A stretch of DNA of 64,000 nt from assembly GCF_009914755.1 (NCBI RefSeq), contig NC_060926.1; one strand, written 5' to 3'. Source of the stretch: the human T2T-CHM13v2.0 reference genome, Homo sapiens. This document shows, one piece after another, positions 26,945-41,894 of the stretch (its first letter is position 1; each line of letters begins with the position of its first letter). Both the position numbers and the translations under genes were made by a program. The notes beneath the pieces were generated by a model that saw nothing but the letters and a program-made list of their open reading frames with translations, did no database searches and was not told where the DNA came from.

Positions 26945-28860
26945 TTTATTTTTTAACAGCTTTAATGAGGTATAATTTACATACTGTAAAATTCTCCTGT
27001 TTTAAGTGTGTATCTCAATGATTTTTAACAGAATTACAGAGTTGTGCAACCATCATCACAATCCAAGTGTAGAATATTTTCACTACCCTTAAAAGCTTCT
27101 TCATGACTATTTGGGATCAATTCCTGCTCCTATTCTCCAGCCCTAGGCAACCATCAATATACTTTCTATCTCTGTAGTTTTCCCTTTCCTGGCCATTTCA
27201 TGTAAATGGACCATATATTATACGGTCTTTTACATCTGGGTTATTTCATCGAACGTAATATTTTGAAGTTCATCCATGTTTTAGCATGTGTTTATATTTT
27301 GTTCCTTTTTCTTGCTGAATTGTATTCCATTATATGGCTCTATCAATGGTATTTTTTCATTTGCCAGTCAATGGAAATTTGGATTGTTTTTATTTTTTGA
27401 CTATTATGAATAATGCTGTCCTGGGTATTTGCATACAAGCCTTTGTGTGGATATACATGTTCGTTTCTAGGTAGATATTTAGGAGTGAAACTATTGGGTT
27501 CTATAGTAGCATTATGTTTCACTTTTTTCAAATCTGTCTTACAGTGTTTCCGAAAGACCATTTTACAGCAATGTATAAGGGTTCAAGTTTTGCTAAAATT
27601 TGTTATTTTATGTCTTTGTAGTCATTCCAGTGAATATATTTTGGTATTTTGTTGTGGTTTGATTTGCTTTTCTCTAATAATGAATGCTACTGAACATCTT
27701 TTCACATGTTTTTATTTTTCATATGTCTTTTGGAGAAATATCTGTTCAAATCATTTGTCCATTTTTAATTGGCTTGTCTTCTTATTGAGTTGTCAGAATT
27801 CTTTACATATCTGAATACAAGTAGTTTATTAAAAATATGATTGGCTAATATTTTCTCCCAGACTGTGACTAATCTTTTCTTTCTCTTTATGGTATATTTG
27901 AGGCACAAAAGATTTAAATTTTGTTAAATTTTAACATCATTTATTCTCTTATGATTATACTTTTGTGGTAGCTAATTCTTTGTCTTACCTAAAGTCACAA
28001 AGATTTTTCCTGTGTTTTCTTCCAAAAGTCTTATCATTTTTGCTGTTTTACAAGACTACTGCATAATTTGGGAAACGCAGTGAAAAATGAAAATGGGGGG
28101 ATCCTTGTTCAAAAATTATTAAGGATTTCAAAACAGTGAAAGCAGAACACTAAACTAAGCACAGAGTCTTTTGTGACTGCACAGGATGCATGCCCATAAA
28201 GCCATCCCTGCTTTTACATTTAGAGATGCATGATCCATTTTGAGTTGATTTATGCATATGGTGTGAGGTAAGGGTCTAATTTCATATTTTTGCATGTGCC
28301 TATCCAGTTATACTAGTACTATTTGTTGAAAAGACTATCTTTTCCTCATTTAATTGCCTTGGCACTTTTGTTGAAAATCAATTGACCAAAAACCTAAGGA
28401 TTTATTTCTGCACTCTCAGTTCTGTTGTATTGATTTTTATATATATTTATGCCAGTACTGTCTTGATTCATGCAGCTTTATAGTAAGTGTTGAAATCACA
28501 AAGTATAAGTCTTCCAACTTTTTTCTTCTTTTTCAAGACTGTTTTGGATATTCTGGGTTCTTTGCAATTCCATGTAAATTTTAGGATCAGCTTCTCAATT
28601 TCTGCAAAAGGCCATTGGAGATTTTGATAGGAATCATACTGAGTCTCTAGATCAATTTGGAGAGAATTACCATGTTAAACATATTGAGTCTTTCAATCCA
28701 TGAACATTGGCATCACTATTTTGATCTTTAATTTCTCTCATCAATGTTTTGCCATTTTCAACATACAAGTCTTGCATTCTGTTTGTTCAATTTATTTTTA
28801 AATGTTTTATTATTTTGCCTACCTTTATTTTTGAATTTGCAAACTCGACTTTTAAATTCC
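26945..28860 (-). mobile_element. L1M 3' region, antisense, with a MER45-like hAT MITE at about 28050-28210
   Basis: L1 3'UTR antisense motifs; MITE end 'gactgcacaggatgcatgcccataaagccatccctg'. Confidence 0.65.
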
Positions 28861-28941
28861 TAAGTTTCCTAGTTGGTTGAATATTATTCATAACTTATTC
28901 AATATTATTGAATAATATTGACCTAATATTGAGTCATAGAC

Positions 28942-29032
28942 TTTTGAGTAAGTATATTTAATAACCCCATAACTTATTAGGTCTCAATATTATTAAATAA
29001 GTTATGGGGTTATTAAATATACTTACTCAAAA
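28942..29032. repeat. Perfect 37-bp inverted repeat with a 17-nt spacer
   Basis: 28942-28978 is the exact reverse complement of 28996-29032. Confidence 0.95.
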
Positions 29033-29479
29033 TCTTGTTCTGTTTACTGTATTATTTCTTTTCTCTGATATTACCTAAAAAATGGTAAAAGAAAGATCTG
29101 AAGGGACCTGGTTAGAACCCTGAAACTGTCCACTAAGCCAGTGTTGACACCTGGGGTGTAGTGGTTCCATGCCTTCCCTAACATTTATTCTGAATTTTAT
29201 ATACAAATGAAAGACTTTTTTAGTTTAATTTATATAAAAATTAGATCATAATATATTGATCTAAACATGATGTTTTCACTGAACAACAAAACTATGACTG
29301 TCTATCCAAATTACTAGAATTAAATAGCTATGTAATAGTTCAACAGTGTATATTTACAATAATGTACTTAACCAGTCAGCTGAATACACAATTAGGTTGT
29401 TTTCAGGTTGAGGAGTATGTGTTATTGTTGAGGGGTTTTTGCTGGTAAAAACAATGCTTCAACAAAAATTTTGCATTTA

Positions 29480-30050
29480 TGAGCATCTAATCAACAAATA
29501 TTTATGGAACACCTTGTATATATCAGATACTCAAGAAAAATCAGTGGACAAAACAGACAAAATCTCTGCCCTCATGGCATATATATTTTTGGGGGAAAAG
29601 AGACAATAAAGAATATGATAAACAATAAATACACAAATAAGTAATTCATTTAGCATGTTAGGGAGTAGTAAGGGCATGAGAAAAAAAAATAGAGGCAGAT
29701 TAGGAGCTTGGGAGTGTGGGGGCAGGCTAAGGGGATTGTGATTGTGATTTTTAGATAGGTTGGTCAAAGCAGGCCTCATTGAGAAGGTGATAGTGAAGCA
29801 AGGATCTAAAAGAGACAAGGGAGTTAGTTCACTACATAGATATATGTGTCTATGCTAAGTAGAGAAAATAGCCAGTATCAAGTCCCTAAGGCTAGAGAAT
29901 CTCTGGTGTAGTCAAGAAACAGCAGAGGCGAGTGTGGCCCGACAGACATGAGCAAAAGGAGAGGAGCAAAGGATGTATCATTTCAGACCCTTTGAACAGT
30001 GTAAGGATCTGGCTTTCACTCATGAAAAAATTGGGAGCATTGAAAGTTCT
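29480..30050. mobile_element. L2 fragment
   Basis: 'aacaaatatttatggaacacc...acaaaacagacaaaatctctgccctcatgg'. Confidence 0.55.
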
Positions 30051-30633
30051 GCAGTTCTTGTTTTTATAAGATGGATGTTGTCTTTTTATTTCTATACGAT
30101 AGATTCCAAAAGTGGATCTGCATGGTCAGTCTGTAGTATATCTTAAAATTTAGTAGATGTTGCCACATCTTTTCTGAAAAGGCTGTAGTAATTCATGCTT
30201 ACACCAGGGATGAGTAAGTGTCTGTTTTTCTGAATCTTCTCCCTCGTGACATAGTGTCACTAATGAAATTGTGTTTGCCAATCTAATGGGTGAGAAATGG
30301 TTTCTCATTGATATTTTAGTTTTTATGTATTCATATGTTTATTAGACATTTTCATTTTCTCTTATTTAAGCTGCCTGTTCAGGTCCATTTTGGAGGAGTT
30401 ATTTGTTGCTTTTTATTAATAGACTGTAGTCTTTGCCCATTAATATCAGATATATTAACCCTTTGTCATATATATTGAAAATGCTTTTCTACACTCTTTT
30501 ATATCTGTATTGCTTTTTAAAAACATTTTAACCTATTAAGAGAAATCTTCCTTTAACTATTCTCTTCTCAAATGTTTTTTGTCTGACTCAGATATTTGTT
30601 CTGTCATTTAAATATTTACATTATTTGATTCAG

Positions 30634-31084
30634 CTTTTTTTCCAACTTTTATTTAAGTTCGGGGGTACATGTGCAGGATATGCAGATTTGTTACACAGGC
30701 AAAAGTGTGCCATGGTGATTCGCTGTGTGATTCATTCCATCACACAGGTGTTAAGACAAGCATTCACTAGCTCTTCTTCCTGATCCTCTCCCTCCTCCCA
30801 GCCCCCACCCTCTGAAACACCCAAGTGTGCATTGTTCCTCCTGTGTCCATGTGTTCTCATCATTTAGCTCCCACTTATAAGTGAGAACATGCAGTCAGCA
30901 CTATTCACAATAGCAAAAACATGGAATCAACCTAAATCGCCATCAATTATAGACTAGAGAAAGAAAATGTGGTACATATACACTATGAAATACTATGCAG
31001 CCATAAAAAAGGAATGAGATCATGTCCTTTGCAGGGACATGGATGAAGCTGGAGGCCATTATCCTTAGCAAACTAATGCAGGAA
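30634..31084 (-). mobile_element. 5'-inverted truncated L1 (twin-priming structure)
   Basis: Antisense L1 3' end 30634-30894 joined to a sense L1 segment 30897-31084 that is adjacent in the L1 consensus. Confidence 0.8.
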
Positions 31085-31395
31085 TATTTTATCCAGTTTC
31101 AATGGGGTTCCAGGTTGCAAGTGCACTATACTTACATAATAATTTCAGAATAATGGATGTTTTAAAACTACTACCTTTTTTGTAATTGGAGGCCTTTCAT
31201 AATCTCTGTTTATTTAGATCTTATTTAATTTTCTTCAATAAGATTTTTATAGTTTTCTTCATACAAGTCTCATACCTTTCAGATGTTTATAAATACATAC
31301 ATTTGTATTTGCTATTGAGTCTGAGTATTTTTTTCAATGTATGTCGTTCCAAATAAAAGCTATAAGTTTTATATATCTATTTTCTATTCATACTC

Positions 31396-31769
31396 TCATA
31401 TGGTTTTGCTGTGTCCCCACCCAAAATCTCATCTTGAATTGTAATCCCCGTAATCTCCAGGTGTTAAGGGAGAGACCAGATGGAGGTAATTGAATCATGG
31501 GGCAATTTCACCCATTCTGTTCTCATGATAATGAGTGAGTTCTCATGAGATCTGATGGTATAAGGGCCTCTTCCGCCTTCACCTGGCACTTCTCCTTCCT
31601 GCTGCCTTGTGAAGAAGGTGCCTTGGTTCCCCTTCGCCTTCCACCATGATTGTAAGTTTCTTGAGGCCTATCCAGCCACACTGAACTGTAAGTCAATTAA
31701 ACCTCTTTCCTTTATAAATTACCCAGTCTCGAGCAGTTCTTTATAGCAGTGTGAAAATGGACTAATATA
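31396..31769 (+). mobile_element. MaLR solo LTR (THE1D/MSTA-like)
   Basis: 'atatggttttgctgtgtccccaccc...ggactaata'; 5-bp TSD tactc. Confidence 0.85.
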
Positions 31770-31923
31770 TACTCCTTGGTAAATTCTTTTTCTAGTTCTT
31801 ATGAATTTTATTAGGTCTATAGGTTTCCTACATATATAATTATAGAACATATTGTACACTATTTTAGTATTCCTACCAATTATTTTATTTTCATGTCCTA
31901 TTGCATTAGCTAAAGCTTCTAAA

Positions 31924-32102
31924 ATATGTATATGTGAACACATATGTATATGTGTATACACACACATATATGTGTATACACACACGCATATATGTGTATA
32001 CACACAAGTGTATACACACACGCATATATGTGTATACACACACATATATATGTGTATACACACACATATATATGTGTATACACACACACACATATATATG
32101 TA
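31924..32102. repeat. Complex (TA/CA/TG) alternating purine-pyrimidine repeat
   Basis: repeated unit ~ATATATGTGTATACACACAC. Confidence 0.9.
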
Positions 32103-32619
32103 AAAGACCGTGGTAATGGTAGACATCCCCATATTGTTTTCTATTTAAATGACTTCACCATTAATGTTTACTACAACATTTGCTGATTTTAGAGACTTCA
32201 TTTTGTGTTAGTTTTTATTTCATAGTTTTAATTTTTAAAAAATAACTGCTAGGACTTATCAAATTCCCTTTTAAACCCATTCATGAATAGGTTTAAATAC
32301 GTTTTCTCCTTTTATTTATTGGTATAAAATTGTAGAGACTTTCTAAAGTTGAACTATTTTTTTGTTTCATTCAATCTCATTGTCATTGGTTTTCTCTTTC
32401 TTCTTGGTTCTAAATAACCTCTAACTACAAGTTTTATTTCATCTTTGATCCAACACAGTGCATTTTCTTTTGTTTTCTAAAATCTTAAGTAATTTATTTT
32501 CTATATGAAGTCTGTTTCACTTCTAGTGATTATAACTTTTTGTGACTTCTTTTGTGGCTAAGATTATGCTGAATATTGATATATATTTCAAGGGTATTGA
32601 GAAATATGTGTTCTCTGTT

Positions 32620-32935
32620 TTTTCTTTGTTTTTTTTGTTTTGTTTTGTTTTGTTGTTGTTGTTGTTTGGGACAGAGTCTTGCTCTGTCACCCAGGCTGGA
32701 GTGCAGAGGCTCACTGCATCCTCCACCTCCCAGGTTCAAGCAATTCTCCTGCCTCAGCCTCCCGAGTAGCTGGGATTACAGGCATGCACCACCATGCCTG
32801 GCTAATTTTTGTATTTTTAGTGAGATGGGATTTCACTATGTTGGTCAGGCTGGTCTTGAACTCCTGACCTCGTGATCCGCCCGCCTCAGCCTCCTAAAGC
32901 TCTGGGATTACAGGCATGAGCCACTGCGCCCAGCC
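32620..32935 (-). mobile_element. Alu (AluS-like)
   Basis: TSD gtgttctctgttttt on both sides. Confidence 0.9.
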
Positions 32936-33354
32936 GTGTTCTCTGTTTTTAAGTCACAAGATTAAATATTAAATCACTCATTAATTTATCCAGAGCCTGT
33001 ATACTTTGTCCATTTTTGTATATGTAAAGAATCAAAAAACAGGGGTGAATTGTTTTTCAATGCCTGTAAAACATTTGTCTCATGATTTGTTTCTTGAATT
33101 TTGATTTGACATTAAATGGGAACAGTCTTGCTTTTTGTTTTATTTACAGTTGCATACCATAACTTGCTGATTTTCAATTTCAACATTTTTTGTGTCATTT
33201 TTTCTTAGTTGTGTCTTTAGTTGGATTCTCTTTGATTCCAGTCAATATCGATATCATCAATATTGATGATTCTTTTTCAATATTATTAATATTGCCTTTC
33301 AATATCATTTTTCTTTTACATTCTGTTTAAATAATTTTTCATACTTTTTCCATT

Positions 33355-33719
33355 TTGTCTTTATTTCATTTCAGTAGTTTTGGGGGAACAGGTGGTTTTG
33401 GTTACATAGATAAGTTCATTAGTGGTGATTTCTGAGATTTTGGTGCATCTGTCACCCAAGCAGTGTACACTGAACTCAATGTGTATTCTTTTATCTGTCA
33501 CTCCCCTCCCACCCTTTCCCCTGAGTCCCCAAGGTCCATTGTATCATTCTTATGCCTTTGCATTCTCATAGCTTAACTCCCACTAATAAGTGAGAACATA
33601 ACGATACTTGGTTCCATTCCTGAGTTGCTTCACTTAGAATAATGGTCTCCAACTCCATCCAGGATGCTGAGAACGCCATTATTGCATTCCTTTTTATGGC
33701 TGAGTAGTACTCCATGGTG

Positions 33720-33766
<47 letters not shown>

Positions 33767-34930
33767 GGTATATATATATGTGTATACATGTATATGTGTA
33801 TATATACATATATATATCACATTTCTTTATCTACTCATTGATTAGTGGGCATTTAGGCTTGTTCCACATTTTCTCAATTGCTAATTGTGCTGCTATAAAC
33901 GCGTGTGCAAATGTCTTTTTCATATCATGACTTATTTTCCTCTAGGTAGAGACCCAGTAGTGGGATTGCTGGATCAAATGATAGTTCTTTAAGGAATCTT
34001 TATACTGTTTTCCACAGCAGTTGTAATAGTTTACATTCCCACCAGCAGTGTAAAAGTGTTCCCTTTTCACCACATCCACGCCAACATCTATCATGTTTTT
34101 ATTTTTTAATTATGGTCTTTCTTGCAGAAGTAAGGTGGTATCGCATTGTGGTTTTGATTTGCATTTCCCTGATAATTAGTGATGTTGAGAATTTTTTCAT
34201 ATATTTCTTGGCCATTTGCATATCTTCTTTTGAGAATTGTCTATTCATATCCTTTGCCCACTTTTTGATAAGATTATCTGAATTTTTTCTTGCTGATTTG
34301 TTTGAGTTATTTATAGATTCTGGAATTTTTGCTTAGTCTTGCTTTGGCAATGTGGGCCCTTTTTTGATTCCATATGAATTTTAGGATTGTTTTTTCTAGT
34401 TCTGTGAATAATGATGATGGTGTTTTGATGGGAATTGCATTGAATCTGTAGATTGCTTTTGGGCAGTATGATCATTTTCACAATATTGATTTTACCCATC
34501 CATGAGCATGGAATGTGTTTCCATTTGCTTGTGGCATCTGTGATTTCTTTCAGCAGTGTTTTGTAGTTCTCCTCATAGAGATCTTTCACCTCCTTGGTTA
34601 GGTATATCCTAAGGTTTTTTGGATTTTTGTTGTTGTTGTTGTTGTTGTTGTTTTGCTTTGTTTTTTTGGTTTATTTTTTATTTATTTATTTTTTTGCAGC
34701 TGTTGTAAAAGGGATTTGATTTGATTCTCAGCTTGATCATTGTTGGTGTATAGCAGTGCTACTTATGATTTTGTATCCTGAAACTTAACTGAATTCATTT
34801 ATCAGATCTATATCTTAGGATACTAATCATATCATTGGTGAACAGTGACTCAAGTTTGACTTCCTCTTTACCGATTAGGATGCCCTTTATTTCTTTCTTT
34901 TGTCTGACTGCTCGGGCTAGGACTTCCTGT
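33355..34930 (-). mobile_element. L1 (L1PB-like) 3' portion with a (CA)n/(TA)n microsatellite at 33720-33817
   Basis: minus-strand ORF 34311..34589 [16 protein letters not shown]... is L1 ORF2 sequence. Confidence 0.85.
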
Positions 34931-35119
34931 TTTATCTTTTACAACTCATTGTTTCCCTTGTTTTATCTCTCTAAAAATGCAAACTATGTCTGCTTTTTAT
35001 TTTTATTTTCAGTGTTACATAAGGTTTTATAAGGTCTGATTTCACTCAATCAGTAGTTATTTTCAAATCTTTTCGAAAGGAAAGAAGGAAGGAAGGAAAG
35101 AAAGACGCAGGAATATGTA

Positions 35120-36790
35120 TAAAGGTATAGCAAACATCACACTTAATGGTGCTGCTAAGTGCTTCTTCCTTGAAATTGGAAATAAGGCAAGGAAGTCCAC
35201 TCTCATCACTTCTCTTCAACATTGTATTCAAACTCCTAACCAGTGAAATGAGACCAAAAAATAGAAATAATTGTTTGGAAAGAAACAGTAAGTCAGTCTA
35301 TTTGTTCATGATATAATTATTTTCTTTAAAATACAAAGGAAATCTATAAATAATTTACTAGAAATACTACATGAATTTAGCAATGCCATAAATTCATGGT
35401 TAATATGTTTCAAACCAATTATATTTTCATATAATAGTAATAAGGAATTTGAAAAGCATTATCATTTAAAGTAACACCAAAACAATAAAATAACTAGGAA
35501 TAAATTTATTATTTTTTAAATTTAATTAAATTAAATTTTTTATTTCAATAGGTTTTTGGAGAGGAATAAATTTAATGAAAGATGTACATGACTTCTAAAA
35601 ACTATAAGCAGTGCTGGGTAAAATTAAACACATGTAAGTAAATGGAGAGATATACAATGTTAACAGATTGGAAGCTCAATGTTGTTGTCATCTCCCCCAA
35701 ATTTATCTGTAGCTTCAATTCAAATCCAAAAAAAAGTCCTAAAGTTTTTTCTTGAAGAAATTGACAAACTGATTTGAAAAGATAATGTATAAAAGCAAAG
35801 AATCTAGAAAATCCAAGCCAATCTTTTCTAATTGACTTCAAGACTTTTGTTAAGCCATGATATTTAAGGCAAAATCTTACCAGCATAAGGGTAGACAAAT
35901 AGATCAATGGTATAGCATAGAAAGTACATATATAAACCCATGCTAATATTGTAAATTGTTTTTTGAATATTTTCATGACCTTGGAGTAGGCAAATATTTC
36001 TTAGATAGTACACTAAAGTCATTAATTATAAAAGAAAAAAAAATAAATTGGATTTCATCAAAATTACAGATTTCTTCCCATCAAAAGACATGATTAAGAA
36101 AATGAAAGAGAAGCTACAGACTGGGTGAAAATATTCACCATACATAAATCAGACAAAACACTTCTATCCATAATATATTTAAAAAATGCCTACCCATCAA
36201 TAAGTAAAATTGAATAATATAAATGGGCCAAAGACTTGAACAGACACTTTACAAAAAATAAATTGCCAATTAACACATGAAAATGTGCTTGACATCATTT
36301 TATCATTAAAGAAATACAAATTAAAACGAAAATGACATATCACATCACACACACTGGAATGGCTAAAACTAGAAAGGCTATCTCTGATAGTCTTTGAAAA
36401 ACAGTTTGGCAGGTTCTTAAATGGTTAAATGTACTCTTACACAATGACCAAGCAATTCCACTGCTACATATTTATGCAAGATAAGTGAAAACATCTTGCC
36501 ACAAAAAGACTTGTACAAGAGCAGCAATTTTATTTATACTAGTCTCAAAGTGGAATCAACTCCAATGACCATGAACAGAAAACTGAATAAGCAGATTGTG
36601 GTATATTCACACAATGGAATGCCACTCAACAACAAAAATGAACAAACTACTGTTCAACACATCAACATGAATGATAAGCAAAAGAAGGCAGACACAAAAG
36701 CATATATACCTTTTATCCCATTTATACAAAATCCAGTAGCGGGCAGTATTAAGATACGATGGAAAAAATGACAGCAGTGGTTGCCCTGAG
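35120..36790 (+). mobile_element. Old L1M ORF2/3' fragment
   Basis: 'aataaggcaaggaagtccactctcatcacttctcttcaacattgta' and other L1 RT-region motifs. Confidence 0.7.
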
Positions 36791-37890
36791 AGACTGCCTG
36801 GTTGCATATGGTCAGGATGTGGGTTGACGGGCAGGGCACACACTGTTCTGTTCATTTCTCAAATAACACATCAGTTTTTGGCTCTGTGTCTCCCTTCAAA
36901 TCTCCATTGTTTCTTACAAATTCTGTAGGGCACCATGATTCCTAACCTCTGAAAGCATCCATCCCCTATCTGCTATTGCAACTAGCACTTTTCTGACCAC
37001 TTTTCACCTTCAAGATTTTACTTGAAATCTCTTATCTGCTCATTGTCCTCTGCCATTCTCTTTGTCATTGTGAATCTAATTCCTTTGTTATCATTTTAGT
37101 GATCTTTAACCAGAAACTTTTTTTACAGAAATTCAAAACAATAATGTAACATTATTGTTTCCTGCCTCATGTTAGATACTGGACAGTGCCAATAATTCTC
37201 TTCTAGTTGGGAAGGAAGGGCTCATAAATTTTCATAATATTAAGAAATACTGAGATGTTGACTAAAACATTATCAGAGCAATAAAGTAATCAACTAAGAA
37301 CCAGAATTAGAGATTCAACTTTAAAATTACTTTCATAGGAAACGGCAACAATTTCTGAAATTCAGATGCCTAAAATGATTCACCATATATAGCAATAATA
37401 CAGAGAGATTGATATTAATACAAAGTAGAATCAGGCATTCTAGGAGATATCATTCATATTCTCATGAAATTCTCAATAATGTGGTCTCATTATTATTATT
37501 AAACTGCATTGTATTATTTGTGAATTAATGATGTAGGATTATATTTCTTTCTTAACAGCTACAGATTAGAGAAGGACATGTTATTTTCATCTTTCTCAGA
37601 TTTGTTTTCTCTCAGTTGATTAAGATGCATATTCAAGGTTAGATTTTATTTTTATTCCATTGTTTTTCATTTCTCTGTGGATGACCTGTTTATTCCACCT
37701 AGATTCTGTAGGAATTTAATTTTTATTTCAAAAAATATTCCATATATGGTTAGGTGAAGGTATCTTTACAATGGCTTTGTTCAGTTTAGACAGAACTTTT
37801 TCAGTCCTCTATATTAGTTTTTCACAACCTCCATTTCTTCTATTACATCTTTTTTGTTGCTTCAATTGCATTTATTCTGGCCTCTACTGA

Positions 37891-38205
<315 letters not shown>

Positions 38206-39208
38206 TAAAGCAGCCCCAAAATAAGTTATGCTTTGATATCCTAGACCAAAACTTCAGGGTACAATTTGCTAACTGACAGGTCTCCTATGAGTGGGGAACT
38301 TTTTCAAGTGTTTCTGTAAGTGCTCCTGTAAAGTAGAAAAGGAGAGGAGAAGCAGAGGTCGCCGGAGATGGTCCCACTTCCAGCCGAGGAAATGGTGTTC
38401 CATGGTGTCCTCTGGAGTTGGAGTGAATGGTACTGGAGAAACTGGAACGGAAACAGGTGTTCTCCATAAATGTACAATGTTTTGTAGAATTCGTACACTA
38501 TAACATAAACTAAAACTTAAAAATAATTTTAATGAAGTGATTTACTTGAAATAGCAGTTGACACAGCATTTTCTTCCAGTTAACATCAATTTAAAATGCC
38601 TAGATCTGGGAACATTAAAACCCACAGGGAATTGATGTCTAGAGAGGACAAATTTGGAGGTAGATGCTTGTTATTCTTTCTCCAACACATTTGTTTTCTT
38701 TTTCTTTCCTTTTTTTTGTGCATTTCTGGAGTCTTGGAATATGGGTAAATTCCACCCATAGGCCCTGTTGGAGATACAGAGCAGCGAGTCATCTCTGGCT
38801 ATGAATATGCTTCCTCTGTGGCCAAGTTCACAGCAAGGGGAGACTGGTTGCCTGGTTTCCTTGGGCCCTTCAGGCCAAATCAGTCTTGGGGGAAGAGCAG
38901 GGGTTGTCCAGCCAACAAAACAGCCACTCATCAATTGCCTGCTACGTCTATCCTAAAAACATATGGATCAGGCTATTAAAGGACTTTGAGCCCACTTTTA
39001 TCCTTCCAAATTTCCCCTTTTTGCATCTAATGTAAATGAGGGTGAAGCAATCAGGCTCATCAGTGGGCATTTTTAAGGACAAGGGACTTACTTCTTTCAT
39101 TACTGGCTATACAAATAAGTAAAAATTATAGAACCTCACATGAAAATACCTACGTAGAGAAATTAGAATACAGTAACCATAGAATTCCTTTCTAGAGCTC
39201 TTCTGTGA

Positions 39209-39427
<219 letters not shown>

Positions 39428-41177
39428 TAGATTTATTATCTACCTTTTTATTTCCAGGGCCAAGTTTTTTCAATAAGTATATACTGATCTCCTACCATGA
39501 GTGACATGTTGTGTTGGGCAGTGGGCATAGAGTAGTTAACAAAATAGACATGCCATGAGTCTTCTCTTAGCTCATGGCGTATGGCTATGGTAAAACAAGT
39601 ACCCGGAGGTCTGCTTCACTGGCCACTTAGACTCACAGGACAACCAGAGCCACACTGGCATCAGATTTACTTAGAAGAGTATAGGATAAGAAACAGAATC
39701 CCAACAGGGCAGCTTCTTATCTTCAGTGGGAGCCCTTGCAGTGGTCTACATAGCATCCACCAAATTGACTACTACCTGCCCTGAGTGACAGCTTAGCTGT
39801 GGGTGCAGGATCCACCTTGGCTCAGCACCACATGCCTGTGGGAGTGTATGTCTCTTGTAACAACTCCACAGTCACAGCTTTCAGGATGCCCTAAGAGGCA
39901 AGCTGAGTTACAAGAGTTATCAATTGAAGGAAGACCACAACTATGGCTTCCCCACAGGTATTTATTGTCCATATATAGTCCCAGTCAACCTGTCATGGGT
40001 CATTTCTAACCTCAGTGTTTGCCTAGTAACACTGCAAAAAAGGCTACCTTTATTAGGTTTCCAGAATATGAGCAAGAAAGTTAACCCTGGGTCAAGTTTG
40101 CCTTCAGTGAAGCAGAAGTGGTTTTGCTAACCCTTTATCCACAAGGGGTGAAACAAAGATTGACAAAACTGATTACTCTGCCAGGGACTATTTTTGGTGC
40201 TATACCAAACTAAAGGTTTCATTCTTGACCTTTTTCCTGAGAATGCATAATTTATACTATTAAAATGGTACACGTTAAAGACGTCCTCCAATTTTTTTTA
40301 CTTGCCTGGAAAACTTTTTATTCCCACACAGTTTAATCTCAACCCAGTTCTCCAAATAAGAGATAGAGACATCACAAGAAAAATGGGCACATGCTCTGAA
40401 GATGGTGGATGCTATGGGAACTGGAATAAAAGTGTGAAAACATGTCTGCAAAACAGGGCAAATTAGATTTGGCTAAATCTGAGAGTGAGAAGCAGTATAC
40501 AAGTTGACTTAGATCAATTGGAGGAAGATATTGAAAGGCCTGGAATTTAAAGTTAAGGAATTTGAAGTTTACTCGCTAGGCAATCAAGAAATACTGCAGG
40601 TTTATAAACAAGGAAAGAAGTGTAAGCAGTAGTTGTATATGGCTTATTGATTTGTGTCAATACTAACCTTATCTAAATTAATAATAAAATAATTTCTATA
40701 GCAAAAATTCAAGTCAGAAAAGGAATAAAAGGAAATCAAATACCTGGGCACAAATTTTGAGTCAATGTTATGTTTGTAAGCAGGATGGTCCAGGCTGCGG
40801 GGATGAAGGGAATGGTGCTACCTTTACTGCCCACATTCTCAGGGGCTCTGTTCCTCTCCATGGACTGCAGGGATCCCCCTTCCTAGCTCCAGTGCCCACA
40901 ACTCACGTCTTAGTTTCTGGCGCTCCTTGTGCTTGGGTGACCTGCCCTGAGGCTCACTGTCACTGACCTGGGACAGCACCACCCACCGCCCCACCCAGCA
41001 CAGCAAGCCCACCCACCATCAGGGAGATGCTGCTGACTCTCGGACCCTGAAGTCCACACAAGCTGCCCCTGTGTCCTCTGTTATGTTTATTTGAGAACTG
41101 TTCATCCTCCCTGACCCAATTAAGACAACATTCTCCTGTTTCTAGCCTCATCTTTAAAGATGTTGAGGTTTTTCTCA

Positions 41178-41548
<371 letters not shown>

Positions 41549-41894
41549 TAGGACTTGAGACCTTCTCCCCAGGGAATTCCCCAGTTTCTTCCTTACACTT
41601 GATATATGCCTACCCTGCCATCTGACAATTTTGAGGGTAACACAGCTCACAATGTTTCCATTACTCCTTTATCCTTAAATCTTGAATGTCTCCTTTTTGT
41701 GTAGGACAATAAAGCCTTCACTGTTGGGGTCTTCTCTTCTCTGTCCCAGGGGATGACGGGAGAACTTTAGGTCATGTGGAACCCTCTGAGCTCTGAGTCA
41801 CCCAAGGGCTGGAAATTCCTAAAAGCATGATTTCCAGACATTGTCCCTGGTCCCTGTAGATCTCTAATTGCTTCTTCTCTCTCCCACTCTTCAG

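Noticed and set aside
31719-32186. Multiple overlapping YTH/CV-rich ORFs
   Set aside because: Translation artefacts of a microsatellite.
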